A stretch of 64,000 nucleotides of DNA from an uncultured Bacilli bacterium (GCA_934141535.1 CAKPCH010000001.1:79341-143340); one strand, 5' to 3'; shown: positions 16,069 through 27,083, counted from the first letter of the stretch. Numbers and translations: made by a program. Notes: generated from the letters alone by a model not told the origin.

Positions 16069-16701
16069 ATGGAAAAAATAATTTATATAATATTATTATT
16101 AATATTAGAAAAAGATTTTTATACTAATATTAAAACAATAAAAAAAGTAGATTTAACTACTATAGTTAATAAAAATAATAAATTAGAAAAAAACTATGTT
16201 CCAGATAATCTAGAATACATAGATTTAAAATATTCTTGCAAAGATAAAATGCTTGTAAGTGTAGCACGTAAACAATTTGAAAAACTTGCTAAAGATGCTT
16301 CTATTGAAGGATATAATATAATAGCAGTTTCTGCTTATAGAAGTTATGATTATCAAGAAAAACTATATAATAATTATGTTCTTCTTAAAGGAAAATATAT
16401 GGCAGATGTAGCAAGTGCTAGAAGTGGACATTCAGAACATCAAACAGGCCTTGCTGTTGATGTTTCTGATATTACACTTGATTATGATAACTTTGAAAAA
16501 ACTAAAGAATTTACTTGGATGAAAAATAATGCATATAAATATGGATTTATACTAAGATACCCTAAAGCAAAATTTCATATTACAGGATTTAAATATGAGC
16601 CATGGCATTATAGATATGTTGGTAATGTTGTAGCACAAATAATACATAGTAAAAATATAACTCTAGAAGAATATGAAAAAGAGTTAAGAAATAACTCTTA
16701 A
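16069..16701 (+). CDS. VanY/peptidase M15B family D,D-carboxypeptidase (paralog 3, shortest)
   Basis: SARSGHSEHQTGLAVDV and EPWHYRYVG motifs. It uses the same aatggtgataatATG start context as paralog 1. Confidence 0.8.
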   Translation: MEKIIYIILLLILEKDFYTNIKTIKKVDLTTIVNKNNKLEKNYVPDNLEYIDLKYSCKDKMLVSVARKQFEKLAKDASIEGYNIIAVSAYRSYDYQEKLYNNYVLLKGKYMADVASARSGHSEHQTGLAVDVSDITLDYDNFEKTKEFTWMKNNAYKYGFILRYPKAKFHITGFKYEPWHYRYVGNVVAQIIHSKNITLEEYEKELRNNS

Positions 16702-17028
16702 CTCTATACCAACTACACCATATTTTTCTTGTTCTTCATTAGAATAATACTTTTCCATATCTTTAAAACCACCCTCTTCATTATTTTTATAGCCTAAAGA
16801 TACTAAATCAAAATTCTCATATAATTCACAAAAATCTTTAAAATAGTGTAAATCAATAACTTCAGCACATAAAACTTCTAAAGTATCTATATTAGTAAAC
16901 TCTATTATATCATTCTTTTTTATTAATTTTCTTTTTTCATCATTAAGTCTTAATTCTATTTTTTTACTACCACCTTTAATTAATAGAAAAGGCTCATTAT
17001 TTAATCTCATATAATGTTTATTTTTCAT
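16684..17028 (-). CDS. ASCH (PUA-like) domain protein
   Basis: 114 aa beginning ...FLLIKGGSKKIELRLNDEKRK, with ASCH-like beta-barrel spacing. Assignment rests on motif similarity only. Confidence 0.5.
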   Translation of the reverse strand: MKNKHYMRLNNEPFLLIKGGSKKIELRLNDEKRKLIKKNDIIEFTNIDTLEVLCAEVIDLHYFKDFCELYENFDLVSLGYKNNEEGGFKDMEKYYSNEEQEKYGVVGIELRVIS

Positions 17029-17398
17029 AATTCCATAATCCTAACTTTCCTTTTGCTTTTATAGGTTTAGAATATTTAAATACATCTTCTAATACAAAAG
17101 CATATTCTTCTTTATATCCGCTTTTAGCATACACTATATTATCAATATTTCTTAACTTTTTAGCTAACTTTTCATCTACTAATATACAATCCTTTATTGT
17201 TGCTTCACCTATTATATAACCCATTTTATAATCTAGATTATAATCTTTAAATCTATCTATATCACTTTTACTATATGATAATGAAGAATGTATTAGTATT
17301 CTACCTCTATAATTAGTTTTCCAACTTCTAAATTCATATTTTTTATAACCTTCTATTATTAAACTAGCAAAAGGCTCTTTTATACTTAATACTTTCAT
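17018..17398 (-). CDS. ASCH (PUA-like) domain protein, tandem to the previous one
   Basis: 126 aa. MKVLSIKEPFASLIIEGYKKYEFRSW is a typical ASCH N-terminus. Confidence 0.55.
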   Translation of the reverse strand: MKVLSIKEPFASLIIEGYKKYEFRSWKTNYRGRILIHSSLSYSKSDIDRFKDYNLDYKMGYIIGEATIKDCILVDEKLAKKLRNIDNIVYAKSGYKEEYAFVLEDVFKYSKPIKAKGKLGLWNYEK

Positions 17399-17401
17399 AT
17401 G

Positions 17402-18319
17402 TTAAAATCCTCTTGAGGCGCCTCCACCACCAGATGAACCACCGCCTCCACTAAATCCACCTGATGAAAATCCACTACTTCCTCCACTAAAGAATCCACC
17501 AGTATACATTGAATCTGACGTTTTAATAAGCCCAGATATAAATAAAATAGGGTTAAATGGGAAAATGAGTGTTATTAAATTTATATTATTGGAAGACATT
17601 CCAAATATAAATAATATTATATATATAATAATATAAGATAAAATAGATAAAACTTTTACCTTACCAAAAGTATACTTTCTAATTAAATATCCAAATAATA
17701 AACCAATTAAAGCACCTATAATAGCTAGTGCAAATGAACTATCACTACTTGTACTAGGTACTGCTTCATTATAAGGAATATCTAAATTATTTAATTTAAC
17801 TATTTCAGAATAAAAAGCATCATATCCATTTTTTATTCCTTCATCAAATTTATCTTCTTTTAAATAAGGAATAATATATTCATCTATTAATCTACCAGTT
17901 TTACCATCTGGAAGAATACCTTCTAATCCATACCCTACTTCTACTCTAAACTTTCTATCTTCATATGAAAGTAATAATAAAAGTCCATTATTTTTAGAAC
18001 TATCCCCTATTTTAAAGTTTCTAAACAATTGTAAAGAATAATCTTCTATAGATAAACCTTCTAAATTTTTTACTGTAACAACTACTATTTGAGTACCATC
18101 TGCACTTTCAATTTTTTGACTCTGATTAATTATATAATTTTTAGTATCACTACTTAATATATTAGCATAATCATTAACATAAAAATCATTAGTAGGACTT
18201 ACTATAGCACTTACTTTAACTATAAATAATACATTAAATAAAATAAGAAGGATTAAATAATTTTTAATCCTATTCAAACGAAACATTTGGAACCTCATTA
18301 GCAGTACTCTTTGATTCAA
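17402..18319 (-). CDS. TPM-domain (YgcG/DUF477-type phosphatase-like) membrane protein with a Gly-rich C-terminal tail
   Basis: Signal/TM at the N-terminus. TPM core YVNDYANILS...IVVVTV...LLLLSYEDRKFRVEVGYGLEG. C-terminal TM and GGFSGGGGSSGGGG tail. It sits downstream of LemA, the classic LemA-TPM pair. Confidence 0.7.
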   Translation of the reverse strand: MNQRVLLMRFQMFRLNRIKNYLILLILFNVLFIVKVSAIVSPTNDFYVNDYANILSSDTKNYIINQSQKIESADGTQIVVVTVKNLEGLSIEDYSLQLFRNFKIGDSSKNNGLLLLLSYEDRKFRVEVGYGLEGILPDGKTGRLIDEYIIPYLKEDKFDEGIKNGYDAFYSEIVKLNNLDIPYNEAVPSTSSDSSFALAIIGALIGLLFGYLIRKYTFGKVKVLSILSYIIIYIILFIFGMSSNNINLITLIFPFNPILFISGLIKTSDSMYTGGFFSGGSSGFSSGGFSGGGGSSGGGGASRGF

Positions 18320-18836
18320 AATATGTTTTATCAGTAAAATTAAACATACGCGCTACTATATTTTTTGGAAAACTTTTAATAGTTTTATTATAATCACTAA
18401 CAGCATCATTATAATCTTTACGTGCTACAGCTATTCTATTCTCAGTTCCTGCAAGTTCATCTTGTAAATTTATAAAATTAGTATTAGCCTTTAAATCAGG
18501 ATAATTTTCTACTATAACATATAACCCGTTAATAGCACTCGTTAACTCATCATTAGCTTTTGCCATATCTTCTACAGTACTAGCTTTTGTTAAGTTTTCA
18601 CGTGCTCTAGTAATACTATTTATAACATTTTCTTCATGTGTTACATATCCTTTTACTGTATTAACTAAGTTTGGAATTAAGTCAGCTCTTCTTTCTAATT
18701 GAACAGAAATATCAGATAATTTTTGACTAACTGTCTCATCCTTACTCATAATAGAGTTATAAACTCCTCCTAACATCATAACAAATATAAGGAAAATTCC
18801 TAATAAAACTGCAATAACTTTTACTCCTTTACTCAT
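18270..18836 (-). CDS. lemA: LemA family membrane protein
   Basis: N-terminal TM followed by the conserved LemA core QLERRADLIPNLVNTVKGY...ENRIAVARKDYNDAV. Confidence 0.8.
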   Translation of the reverse strand: MSKGVKVIAVLLGIFLIFVMMLGGVYNSIMSKDETVSQKLSDISVQLERRADLIPNLVNTVKGYVTHEENVINSITRARENLTKASTVEDMAKANDELTSAINGLYVIVENYPDLKANTNFINLQDELAGTENRIAVARKDYNDAVSDYNKTIKSFPKNIVARMFNFTDKTYFESKSTANEVPNVSFE

Positions 18837-18887
18837 TCTATCACCTCATGTTTATGATATCATATTAATACTTTTTTTACAATATAT

Positions 18888-19880
18888 TTATAAAATTACT
18901 CCAAATATAATAGCAAGCATACTAGCAAGTACTCCTACTAAACAAAATATTTTAACTATTGATCTTTCACTATATCCTTTATATTCAAAAGCATGATGAA
19001 TAGGAGTTATTGAAAATAATCTTTTATGTGTTAATTTATAATAAAATCTTTGTATTAAACAAGTTAATGTTTCTATAACAAATACAATACCTATTAATAT
19101 TAATAATACTTCATGACGAGTTAATATTGCAATACCACCCATAGTAGCACCGAGTGCTAAAGAACCTGTATCTCCCATAAATACTTTAGCAGGATTTAAA
19201 TTAAACATTAAAAATCCTATTAAAGATCCACATAAAGAAAAACAAAAGAGTGCTACTTCTTCATAACCTTCAAGCCATCCTGTATTATAACTAATTATAC
19301 CAAGAGTTAAGAATGCTATAAATGAAAGACTACCAGCAAGTCCATCTAATCCATCTGTTATATTTACTGCATTTGAACTAGATACAAGTACAAGTAAAAT
19401 AAAAAGTCCATAAAACCATCCTATATCAACTTTTATACCTAGTGTATGTACCCAAAGAAGTGGCTCATTACCACTTCTCATAAATAAATAAAAGAATATA
19501 ACAGCAATCACTACTTGCATAAAAAACTTGGAATTTTCACTTAATCCTGCATTATTATGTCTTTTTATTATTAAAAAGTCATCTATAAATCCAATTAGAG
19601 AATAAAATATAAATGTTAAAATAACTATTAAAATAGTATCATTAAACTTTATCTTATTAAACAAAATCATAAATAACATACAAAATAATGTAGGTATTAT
19701 AAATATTAATCCCCCCATAGTAGGAGTACCTTGTTTATTTTTATGTCTTTCTTCTAAATATGTACTAAGTCTTTGACCTGCTTTTAATTTTCTTAAAATT
19801 GGTAAAAGTATAAATCCTACACATATAGATAGTATTAAACTTAACATCATAACAAGTACTGCTTTAGTAAGTAGTATCAT
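18888..19880 (-). CDS. mraY: phospho-N-acetylmuramoyl-pentapeptide transferase
   Basis: TPTMGGL, IGFIDD, NITDGLDGLA, VFMGDTGSLALG and PIHHAFEYKG motifs. About 10 TM segments. 330 aa. Confidence 0.85.
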   Translation of the reverse strand: MILLTKAVLVMMLSLILSICVGFILLPILRKLKAGQRLSTYLEERHKNKQGTPTMGGLIFIIPTLFCMLFMILFNKIKFNDTILIVILTFIFYSLIGFIDDFLIIKRHNNAGLSENSKFFMQVVIAVIFFYLFMRSGNEPLLWVHTLGIKVDIGWFYGLFILLVLVSSSNAVNITDGLDGLAGSLSFIAFLTLGIISYNTGWLEGYEEVALFCFSLCGSLIGFLMFNLNPAKVFMGDTGSLALGATMGGIAILTRHEVLLILIGIVFVIETLTCLIQRFYYKLTHKRLFSITPIHHAFEYKGYSERSIVKIFCLVGVLASMLAIIFGVIL

Positions 19881-19929
19881 ATTATCCCTCTAATTAAGTT
19901 TATGAAGAATATAAAAAAAAAGAAGATAA

Positions 19930-21231
19930 TTATTTAATAAAATTATTTTTTCTTTTTCTTATAATAGTTATAAATATAGTTAAAGAAAGTAATAAAATTA
20001 TAATATGTGCTGTTATGTTATCAAGAGTATTTGGATTTGTTATATTCTTAGAAACATTTTTTATTAATGTATCTTGGTATGCTAAAGCAAAAGTAGAAAA
20101 TTTATTTGTTTTAAATGATATTGTGTCATCTTCATTTAAATTAACATCTAATATATCACTTACATTATTATGAAGTCTTATAATAGAATACTTTCTAGTA
20201 TAACCATCTTCCAATTCTTCTATGCCACTAGTATCTAAAGTTACTAATATATCTTTATTACTTGAATCTTCATAACTTATTAAATTCTCTTTTATAAAAT
20301 TACCTAAAGAAATATCATAATAAGAAAATATTTTATATTTAGAATTAATAGAATTTTTTATTAATTCTAAATCACTCTTTGGTATTTCTTTTTCTACTTT
20401 ATTCTTAATTATTAATTCCTTAGATAATTCTTCTTTAGAACACACATAAAAATCTTTATCTAATATTTTATATAGTTTTAATGCTTTATCATTTATATAT
20501 TCTTCTATATTAGAACTATATACTCCACCATTTATATTTAAATTAGGTTTTAAAGATTCTTCTATATTAAATTTACCTTCATGATTAATATTATTTATAG
20601 TAATTAAAGTTTTAGAATCTTTACTACCATCACTAGTCATTTCTATATCACCTTTTATAGTACCTAATGTAGATATAGTAACATTAGCACCATTCTTATA
20701 CTCTTCACTTGGCCACCAATATGCATCTAAAGCTACTTTAGGGGAATAAATATTAGTTTTACCTATAATATTTATTACACCACTATTATTTGATAAAGCA
20801 TACTTACAAGACTTAGATAAAGTACAATCAAGAGTCATATTTTCTAATGTTAAATTCGAATAGTTTTGTATTAATATTTTAGCATTCTTATCTGCTATTA
20901 AAGATCCGTTTTTTAATGTAATGTTAGAATTCTCTTGTAATAGTATATTACTTTCTATACTATATGCACTATCTAAAACTACTGTATGATTATCAAAATC
21001 AATAATAATATTTTTAGGTGAAGTACTAAGTATTTTAAATCCCGGAGTTTGTAATGTATCATTTATAACTTTAATTGTTACTAAGGAGTTATCTTTTATA
21101 TCCTCTATTGCTTCTTCAAACGTCTTATATTTTTTATCATCTATTTGAAGTAAATCTGGAAGTGCACTCACCCTATTTGTTAAAACAAAAAGCAAACTGA
21201 AAAAAAACAATAAAATATTAATTTTTTTCAC
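19930..21231 (-). CDS. hypothetical secreted protein with a C-terminal membrane anchor; possibly a beta-helix fold
   Basis: Cleavable signal peptide (LLFVLTNRVSA). Repetitive N-x-T/S-rich body. C-terminal hydrophobic segment followed by RKRKNNFIK. Confidence 0.5.
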   Translation of the reverse strand: MKKINILLFFFSLLFVLTNRVSALPDLLQIDDKKYKTFEEAIEDIKDNSLVTIKVINDTLQTPGFKILSTSPKNIIIDFDNHTVVLDSAYSIESNILLQENSNITLKNGSLIADKNAKILIQNYSNLTLENMTLDCTLSKSCKYALSNNSGVINIIGKTNIYSPKVALDAYWWPSEEYKNGANVTISTLGTIKGDIEMTSDGSKDSKTLITINNINHEGKFNIEESLKPNLNINGGVYSSNIEEYINDKALKLYKILDKDFYVCSKEELSKELIIKNKVEKEIPKSDLELIKNSINSKYKIFSYYDISLGNFIKENLISYEDSSNKDILVTLDTSGIEELEDGYTRKYSIIRLHNNVSDILDVNLNEDDTISFKTNKFSTFALAYQDTLIKNVSKNITNPNTLDNITAHIIILLLSLTIFITIIRKRKNNFIK

Positions 21232-21335
21232 ATTCTCTTATCTCCTTTGTATAACAATTAAATCATAAGCAAATATCTAAGTCAAGCAATATCTATATAA
21301 TCGACAAAACATAAGAAAAGTAGTCAAAAAAAGTG

Positions 21336-22241
21336 CTACAAATTATTAATAGCACTCTTTATTACATTTATTGAATTTATAATTTTTTTTGTTTCTATAT
21401 CGTTAAATGGTACAAATATTTTTCCCTTTACACCATATTTATTAACTATAGCAGGAGTTGAAATATATATATCATTTTCAAAATCATATGAAGATACTGA
21501 AAGTATTATATTTTCATCACCTAATATAGCTTCAGTAATTCTAACTAAACACATACCAATACCATAGTATGTAGCACCTTTTTTCTTTATTATTTCATAA
21601 GCAGAATTTCTTACATCTTCTTCAATTTGTTCCATTTCTTGTTTAGTTAAATAAGAACTAATACGTTTTAAAGCTATATTAGCATTACTCCAAGCAACAA
21701 ACTCTGAATCTCCATGTTCTCCTAATACATATGCATTTATGTCTTTAGGACTAATACCTACTTTTTCACTTATTATATATTTTAAACGTGCTGTATCTAA
21801 TGTAGTACCACTTCCAAGTACTTTATTTGGTGAAAGATTAGAATATTTATAAGTTAAATATGTCATTATATCTAAAGGATTAGTAGCAACTAAAAATATA
21901 CCATCAAAACCACTATTCATAACATTATCTACTATTGATTTAAATATTTTACTATTTTTATGTATTAAATCCATTCTAGTTTCACCAACATTTTGGTTAG
22001 CACCTGCTGCTATTACAACTATTTTAGCATTCTTACAATCACTATACTCTCCTATTCTTATATTAATTTTAGAAGGACTATATGCAAGACAATGATTTAA
22101 ATCCATTACCTCCCCTTCTAATACTGTTTTATTTATATCTATTAAAACTAATTCATTTACATAAGTTTTTTGATTAAGTAAAGCATAACAATAACTCATT
22201 CCAACATTACCACAACCAATTACAACTACTTTATTATTCAT
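21336..22241 (-). CDS. ldh: L-lactate dehydrogenase
   Basis: Rossmann motif VVVIGCGNVGMSY, catalytic His context GEHGDS, and 301 aa of LDH/MDH superfamily with LDH-like substrate residues. Confidence 0.85.
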   Translation of the reverse strand: MNNKVVVIGCGNVGMSYCYALLNQKTYVNELVLIDINKTVLEGEVMDLNHCLAYSPSKINIRIGEYSDCKNAKIVVIAAGANQNVGETRMDLIHKNSKIFKSIVDNVMNSGFDGIFLVATNPLDIMTYLTYKYSNLSPNKVLGSGTTLDTARLKYIISEKVGISPKDINAYVLGEHGDSEFVAWSNANIALKRISSYLTKQEMEQIEEDVRNSAYEIIKKKGATYYGIGMCLVRITEAILGDENIILSVSSYDFENDIYISTPAIVNKYGVKGKIFVPFNDIETKKIINSINVIKSAINNL

Positions 22242-22249
22242 ATTACCAC

Positions 22250-22948
22250 CTATTCTACATAATTATTAATTGATACGTTTAAAGAATATCCCTCAATAGT
22301 TAGTAAATCACTAAAAACAATATTATCATCAGCAATTACTATTAAATTTAAAGTGTTATAACTATCATTAACATAGTCAACAAAGTAATTTATTATTTCA
22401 ACTGAAATTGTAGTATCTGAATTCTTTAGATTAATTGTTTTATTTTGTTCAACATATTTTTCGAGTCTTTTTATTTCACTCTCTGTTCCCACAAAAGATA
22501 CATTAATACCATTATAATTTTTATTTTTAAATAAAATACTACTAAATTTTATATCCTTTTCATCAAGCGATTGTAACAATATATAAGAATTACTCTTCGT
22601 ACTCTCTACTGATAAAGATACAGCATTTTGAATTTCGCCTTTAGAATTAACAAATTCAAAAATTTTATTAGAAAGTTTTGATGGAGTTTCAAAATCTGTT
22701 ATAATAACTAGTCCCCTATCACTTATTCTACTATATGAATTTATATTTAATACTAATTCACTATTATAATATTGCTTTTCAATATTTAATATTTCTTCTT
22801 TTGTCAACTCATCTTCTTTTGTTAATTTATCTTCAATTGTATCTTCTTTTTTTGTACATCCAATAACTAGTCCTAGCATCAATAATGCACAAGTTAAACT
22901 TAAAGCTATTTTTCTTTTGTTGAATAAATATTTTATTTTCTTTTTCAT
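22250..22948 (-). CDS. hypothetical lipoprotein
   Basis: Signal peptide ending in the lipobox LVIGC. 232 aa. No recognisable catalytic motif. Confidence 0.5.
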   Translation of the reverse strand: MKKKIKYLFNKRKIALSLTCALLMLGLVIGCTKKEDTIEDKLTKEDELTKEEILNIEKQYYNSELVLNINSYSRISDRGLVIITDFETPSKLSNKIFEFVNSKGEIQNAVSLSVESTKSNSYILLQSLDEKDIKFSSILFKNKNYNGINVSFVGTESEIKRLEKYVEQNKTINLKNSDTTISVEIINYFVDYVNDSYNTLNLIVIADDNIVFSDLLTIEGYSLNVSINNYVE

Positions 22949-23230
22949 ATTTTCCTCTTTTCTTTAATTTATAAGGATCCACCACAGTAAAGTCAAAATA
23001 AAGATAATGTGTTAGAAAATGCAATATTCCTTGAACTGATTGCAAATCTCCTCTAAATTGTTCACATATGACAACCCTATTATAATTATACAATAACAAA
23101 TGATAAAAGAAAACAGTCTTTGTTATTTTTTTAATTATCTTTTGAATACTTTGATTTTAAAAATAACAAAAAAACATACTAAAGCAAATAACTTTAATAT
23201 GTTATATTTACATTTTTATTATATATCTTA

Positions 23231-25135
23231 TTAATTTAATAATAATCTTATTGTTTCTCCCTCATAAACATATTCATTAGGATTTATTGATTGATATGTT
23301 ATAACTTCTCCACTACCACTATATTCTACTTTAAATTTTTTTAAATAAGTAAGAGCTTCTTTTATACTCATACCAACTACATTAGGTACTTGTGCATATT
23401 GTTTATCTAAATACATATATTCTCTTTCTATTTCATTTTCTCTTTTCTCTATATTTAATATACTAATACAACTTTCAAGAACTGACTTTGCTATAGGAGC
23501 TGCTATAGTTCCTCCAAATTGTGTTATTCCTTTAGCATTATCTACTGCTATATATACTATTACTTGAGGATCATCTGCTGGCATAAAACCTATAAAACTA
23601 GTTATATAATTACCACTCATATAAACTCCATCTTTTACTTTTTGTGCTGTACCTGTTTTACCTCCTACTCTATATCCTGCTATATATGCATTATGACCTG
23701 TACCTCTAGCAACTACTGATTCTAATGCATATCTTACTTTTTGACTTGTATCATCGCTTATTACTTTTCTAACTACTTTAGGAGTATTCTCTAATATTAC
23801 ACTATTAGTTTCTGGTTCATTTAAACTTTTAACTATATAAGGTTTATAAAGTATTCCACCATTAATAGCTGCGCTAACAGCAGTTATTTGTTGTATAGGA
23901 GTTACTGATACTCCTTGACCAAAAGCTGTTGTAGCAAGCTCTAAATCTCCTATTTTATCTTTATCAAATATAATACCACTTGCTTCTCCATTTAAATCTA
24001 TGCCTGTCTTTTTACCAAACCCAAATAAATCTATATAATTAAATAACTTATCTTTACCAAGTTTTAAACCTAAATTAACAAAACCTGGATTACAAGAGTT
24101 TTCTACTACATTTAAATATGTTTCATCACCATGTCCTCCATGTTTCCAACAATGTAGTGTAGCACCCCCTACTTTTATAGAACCTGAGTCAAAAAAATGA
24201 TCATTTTCTAAATCTACAGTTTTTTCTTCTAAAGAAGCTGCTAATGTTATTATTTTAAAAGTACTACCAGGTTCATATGTCATCCAGATTGGTAGATTTC
24301 TATTTATTTGTTCAGTTGTATATTCTTGATATTTACTAGGACTAAAGTTAGGATAAGAAGAGAGCGCTAAAACTTCTCCTGTTTTAGGATCCATAACTAT
24401 ACCTAATGCTTGATCTGGATTATATTTTTTATATGCATTATCTAATTCTCTTTCTAATGCTTCTTGTATATCATAATTAATTGTAAGGGTCATATTAACT
24501 CCACTTTGTGGTTGTTCATATACTTGTGTCATAGATAAACTATTTCCTTTAGCATCACTAAAATATTTAATTGACCCATCACTCCCTGTCAAATAATTAT
24601 TGTATATAAGTTCTAATCCACTTAATCCTTGATTATCTATTCCAACAAAACCTAAAGTATGTGATAAGAGTTTATCTGATGGATAATATCTTTTAGCCTC
24701 TTTTACTAAATATACCCCATCTAATCTTAACTCATTTATTTTATCTGCAATCTCATAACTTAAATTTCTACCTTCTGGATGTACTCTTTCTATTGAAGTT
24801 TTCTTTGATACGTGATTATACATATCATTATAATCTACATTTAAAATATCAGATAACTTACGTGCTGTAGATTCTTTATCCTTAATTTGATTTGGTATTA
24901 AAATTAATGAAGTTGTTGTTATATTACTAGCAAGTTCTACACCATTTCTATCATAAATAATTCCTCTATTAGCAGCAAGAGGCAAATTTCTACTCCAAAG
25001 ATTTGTAGCATACTTATTTAACTTTTTATAATCTATTACTTGTATATAAAATACTTTACCTATAATAATTACAAATAAGATTATAGTTACTAATATAATT
25101 ATTTTAATTCTTGTATGTATATTTTTAAAGAACAT
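23231..25135 (-). CDS. class B penicillin-binding protein (SpoVD/FtsI-like) with a C-terminal PASTA domain
   Basis: N-terminal TM, then transpeptidase motifs STFK, SCN and KTGTA. A C-terminal PASTA-like segment VPNVVGMSIKEAL follows. Confidence 0.85.
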   Translation of the reverse strand: MFFKNIHTRIKIIILVTIILFVIIIGKVFYIQVIDYKKLNKYATNLWSRNLPLAANRGIIYDRNGVELASNITTTSLILIPNQIKDKESTARKLSDILNVDYNDMYNHVSKKTSIERVHPEGRNLSYEIADKINELRLDGVYLVKEAKRYYPSDKLLSHTLGFVGIDNQGLSGLELIYNNYLTGSDGSIKYFSDAKGNSLSMTQVYEQPQSGVNMTLTINYDIQEALERELDNAYKKYNPDQALGIVMDPKTGEVLALSSYPNFSPSKYQEYTTEQINRNLPIWMTYEPGSTFKIITLAASLEEKTVDLENDHFFDSGSIKVGGATLHCWKHGGHGDETYLNVVENSCNPGFVNLGLKLGKDKLFNYIDLFGFGKKTGIDLNGEASGIIFDKDKIGDLELATTAFGQGVSVTPIQQITAVSAAINGGILYKPYIVKSLNEPETNSVILENTPKVVRKVISDDTSQKVRYALESVVARGTGHNAYIAGYRVGGKTGTAQKVKDGVYMSGNYITSFIGFMPADDPQVIVYIAVDNAKGITQFGGTIAAPIAKSVLESCISILNIEKRENEIEREYMYLDKQYAQVPNVVGMSIKEALTYLKKFKVEYSGSGEVITYQSINPNEYVYEGETIRLLLN

Positions 25136-25240
25136 AGTATCACCAATTAAATTTATGATAAAAAAAAATATTAATTAAAAAATTAAATATTTTTTTATCT
25201 TTTATATATAGTTTTAAAAATTCAGATGTCATCATATCAT

Positions 25241-25972
25241 TTATTTAGATATCTTTATCATTTCGTCATCTTTACAAATTAAATTAATATTACCATTTTT
25301 TATTTTATAGCACTCTCCATATAAATATATATAATTTGAATCTTCTAGTATGTAAGAACCATCTGGTATTGCATATATATCTCTATTACAAGATTCTTTA
25401 ATAATTGCTTCACGTTGAATTTTTTCATTCAAAGTATTAGTATTGTTTAATCTGAAATGTGGCTCAATATTAATACTAGTTAAACCTAATCCTTGTAAGT
25501 TAGAAGAATTAACTAAATCTTCCTTACATTCTGGACTATTAAACACATTTAAAGCGGCATTGATTGATCCTGCACTGATGCCAACAATAACACTATTCAC
25601 TTTTTTTATATGTTCTTTTAATTGAATTTCATTAAAAAATTTGTTTTGTACAAAAGTATCACCACCACAAAGAAATATTAAATCACTATTTTTCAAAATA
25701 TTACACACGTCAATTTTATTTCTATTATCTAAAACCAAATATTCATTGAAATCAATCCCAGATAAATTTAATGCTTTTTTATCTAAATCTAAAAATAAAT
25801 CATTTTGTTCATAATTAGTAGGATTACTAGCTATTAAAACAAATTTTTTATTATTTTTTATATACTTTTTTAAATTTTCTAAAAATTTGTTTTGCTCGAA
25901 AAAATTTGTAGCATACTTTTGACCGTTTTCTTTTTTTACTCCACCAATATTGCTCGTTAAAAATAGAGTCAT
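25241..25972 (-). CDS. peptidase S51 family (dipeptidase E-like)
   Basis: LIFLCGGDTF...VIVGISAGS...EPHF matches the PepE GGNTF / SAG / His arrangement. Confidence 0.6.
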   Translation of the reverse strand: MTLFLTSNIGGVKKENGQKYATNFFEQNKFLENLKKYIKNNKKFVLIASNPTNYEQNDLFLDLDKKALNLSGIDFNEYLVLDNRNKIDVCNILKNSDLIFLCGGDTFVQNKFFNEIQLKEHIKKVNSVIVGISAGSINAALNVFNSPECKEDLVNSSNLQGLGLTSINIEPHFRLNNTNTLNEKIQREAIIKESCNRDIYAIPDGSYILEDSNYIYLYGECYKIKNGNINLICKDDEMIKISK

Positions 25973-26023
25973 TAAAATAACCTCCTATAATAATTAAAAT
26001 TCACTTATATCCATCATAACAAA

Positions 26024-26953
26024 TTAATTTGTATTTTCTATATGTTCTATTATTTCTTTAAACTGAGTATCGTAAGGAATTGGAATAGAAATTTTATCTA
26101 ATACTCTAATTATCATATCATCTAATTCTATAAAAACACATAAATGTTTTATTAATTCATCATTAATTGTTGGATCTAATTTTTTATATTCTTCTAATAT
26201 AGATTGATATTCTTCTTCGTTTTCACAAACTTCCATTCTTAAAAATGCCAAATCCCACTCTTTTATACCATATCTTGCTCCACCAGGATCTATCACAGCA
26301 GATAATGAATATAATCCGTTATTTTCATTAATTAAAATATTATTAGGATTTAAATCATACCACACTAATTGAGGGTGCAAATTATTTTCTATTTTTTTTA
26401 TTTTTTCTATACAGTTTTGTCCTTTTTCAAGCATAATATCTATATATTTCTTATCAATCGTATTTTTAACGCTATCTTCAAATCTTAATAATTCTGATTT
26501 TAAATAATCACAGAATGTTTCATGTTCAAATACTTCGTTATCAGTTATCCAACCATACTTAGTTTTTACTTTTATATTATGAATATCAAATAAACATTGC
26601 GCTAAATCTTTTGATATAGATTTTATAGAAAAGTTTTTATCTTCTTTTCTAATATCTGAAAGCATTTTGCCTGTTTTATATTCTGTTATTAACCAAGTTT
26701 TATCACTTTCAATCCCAAAATTTAAAGCTTTAGGTATAAAACTTGTTTTTACATTAGAATGAATTAAATTTGTAATATCATATTTTTTCTTTGCTTGATA
26801 CATAGAACTTTCTCTATACTCTTGGTAAATTATATCATCTTTACCTGTTAGGTGTTCAGTTTTACATCTCAAACCGCCAGATAATTCTATTTTTTTATAT
26901 TCATTGTTATTATGATATGGTTCTTGTGTTACTTCATAATTTAAATTCTTCAT
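26024..26953 (-). CDS. phosphotransferase (APH/choline-kinase-like) family protein
   Basis: Catalytic-loop-like YDLNPNNILIN and DFG-like VIDPGGARYG segments. 309 aa. Confidence 0.55.
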   Translation of the reverse strand: MKNLNYEVTQEPYHNNNEYKKIELSGGLRCKTEHLTGKDDIIYQEYRESSMYQAKKKYDITNLIHSNVKTSFIPKALNFGIESDKTWLITEYKTGKMLSDIRKEDKNFSIKSISKDLAQCLFDIHNIKVKTKYGWITDNEVFEHETFCDYLKSELLRFEDSVKNTIDKKYIDIMLEKGQNCIEKIKKIENNLHPQLVWYDLNPNNILINENNGLYSLSAVIDPGGARYGIKEWDLAFLRMEVCENEEEYQSILEEYKKLDPTINDELIKHLCVFIELDDMIIRVLDKISIPIPYDTQFKEIIEHIENTN

Positions 26954-27083
26954 TTTATACCTCCATTTTAAATATAAATATTAATTAAATACTATCTTAA
27001 TTTTTTTTGATTGTCAATATTCTTTTGCTTTCTCTAATTTTTTTATATAAATATGTAAAATTAAAAGTTGATTAAATCAACTT

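Noticed and set aside
23519-23719. Antisense ORFs inside PBP, S51 peptidase, secDF, truB, nucleotidyltransferase, addA-like and TasA-like genes (23519-23719, 25443-25625, 33679-34146, 39192-39374, 40181-40372, 47005-47193, 51689-52111, 52219-52497, 31942-32166)
   Set aside because: All lie opposite well-supported genes and encode Tyr/Leu/Ile-rich low-complexity peptides, which is typical for the complement of AT-rich coding sequence.
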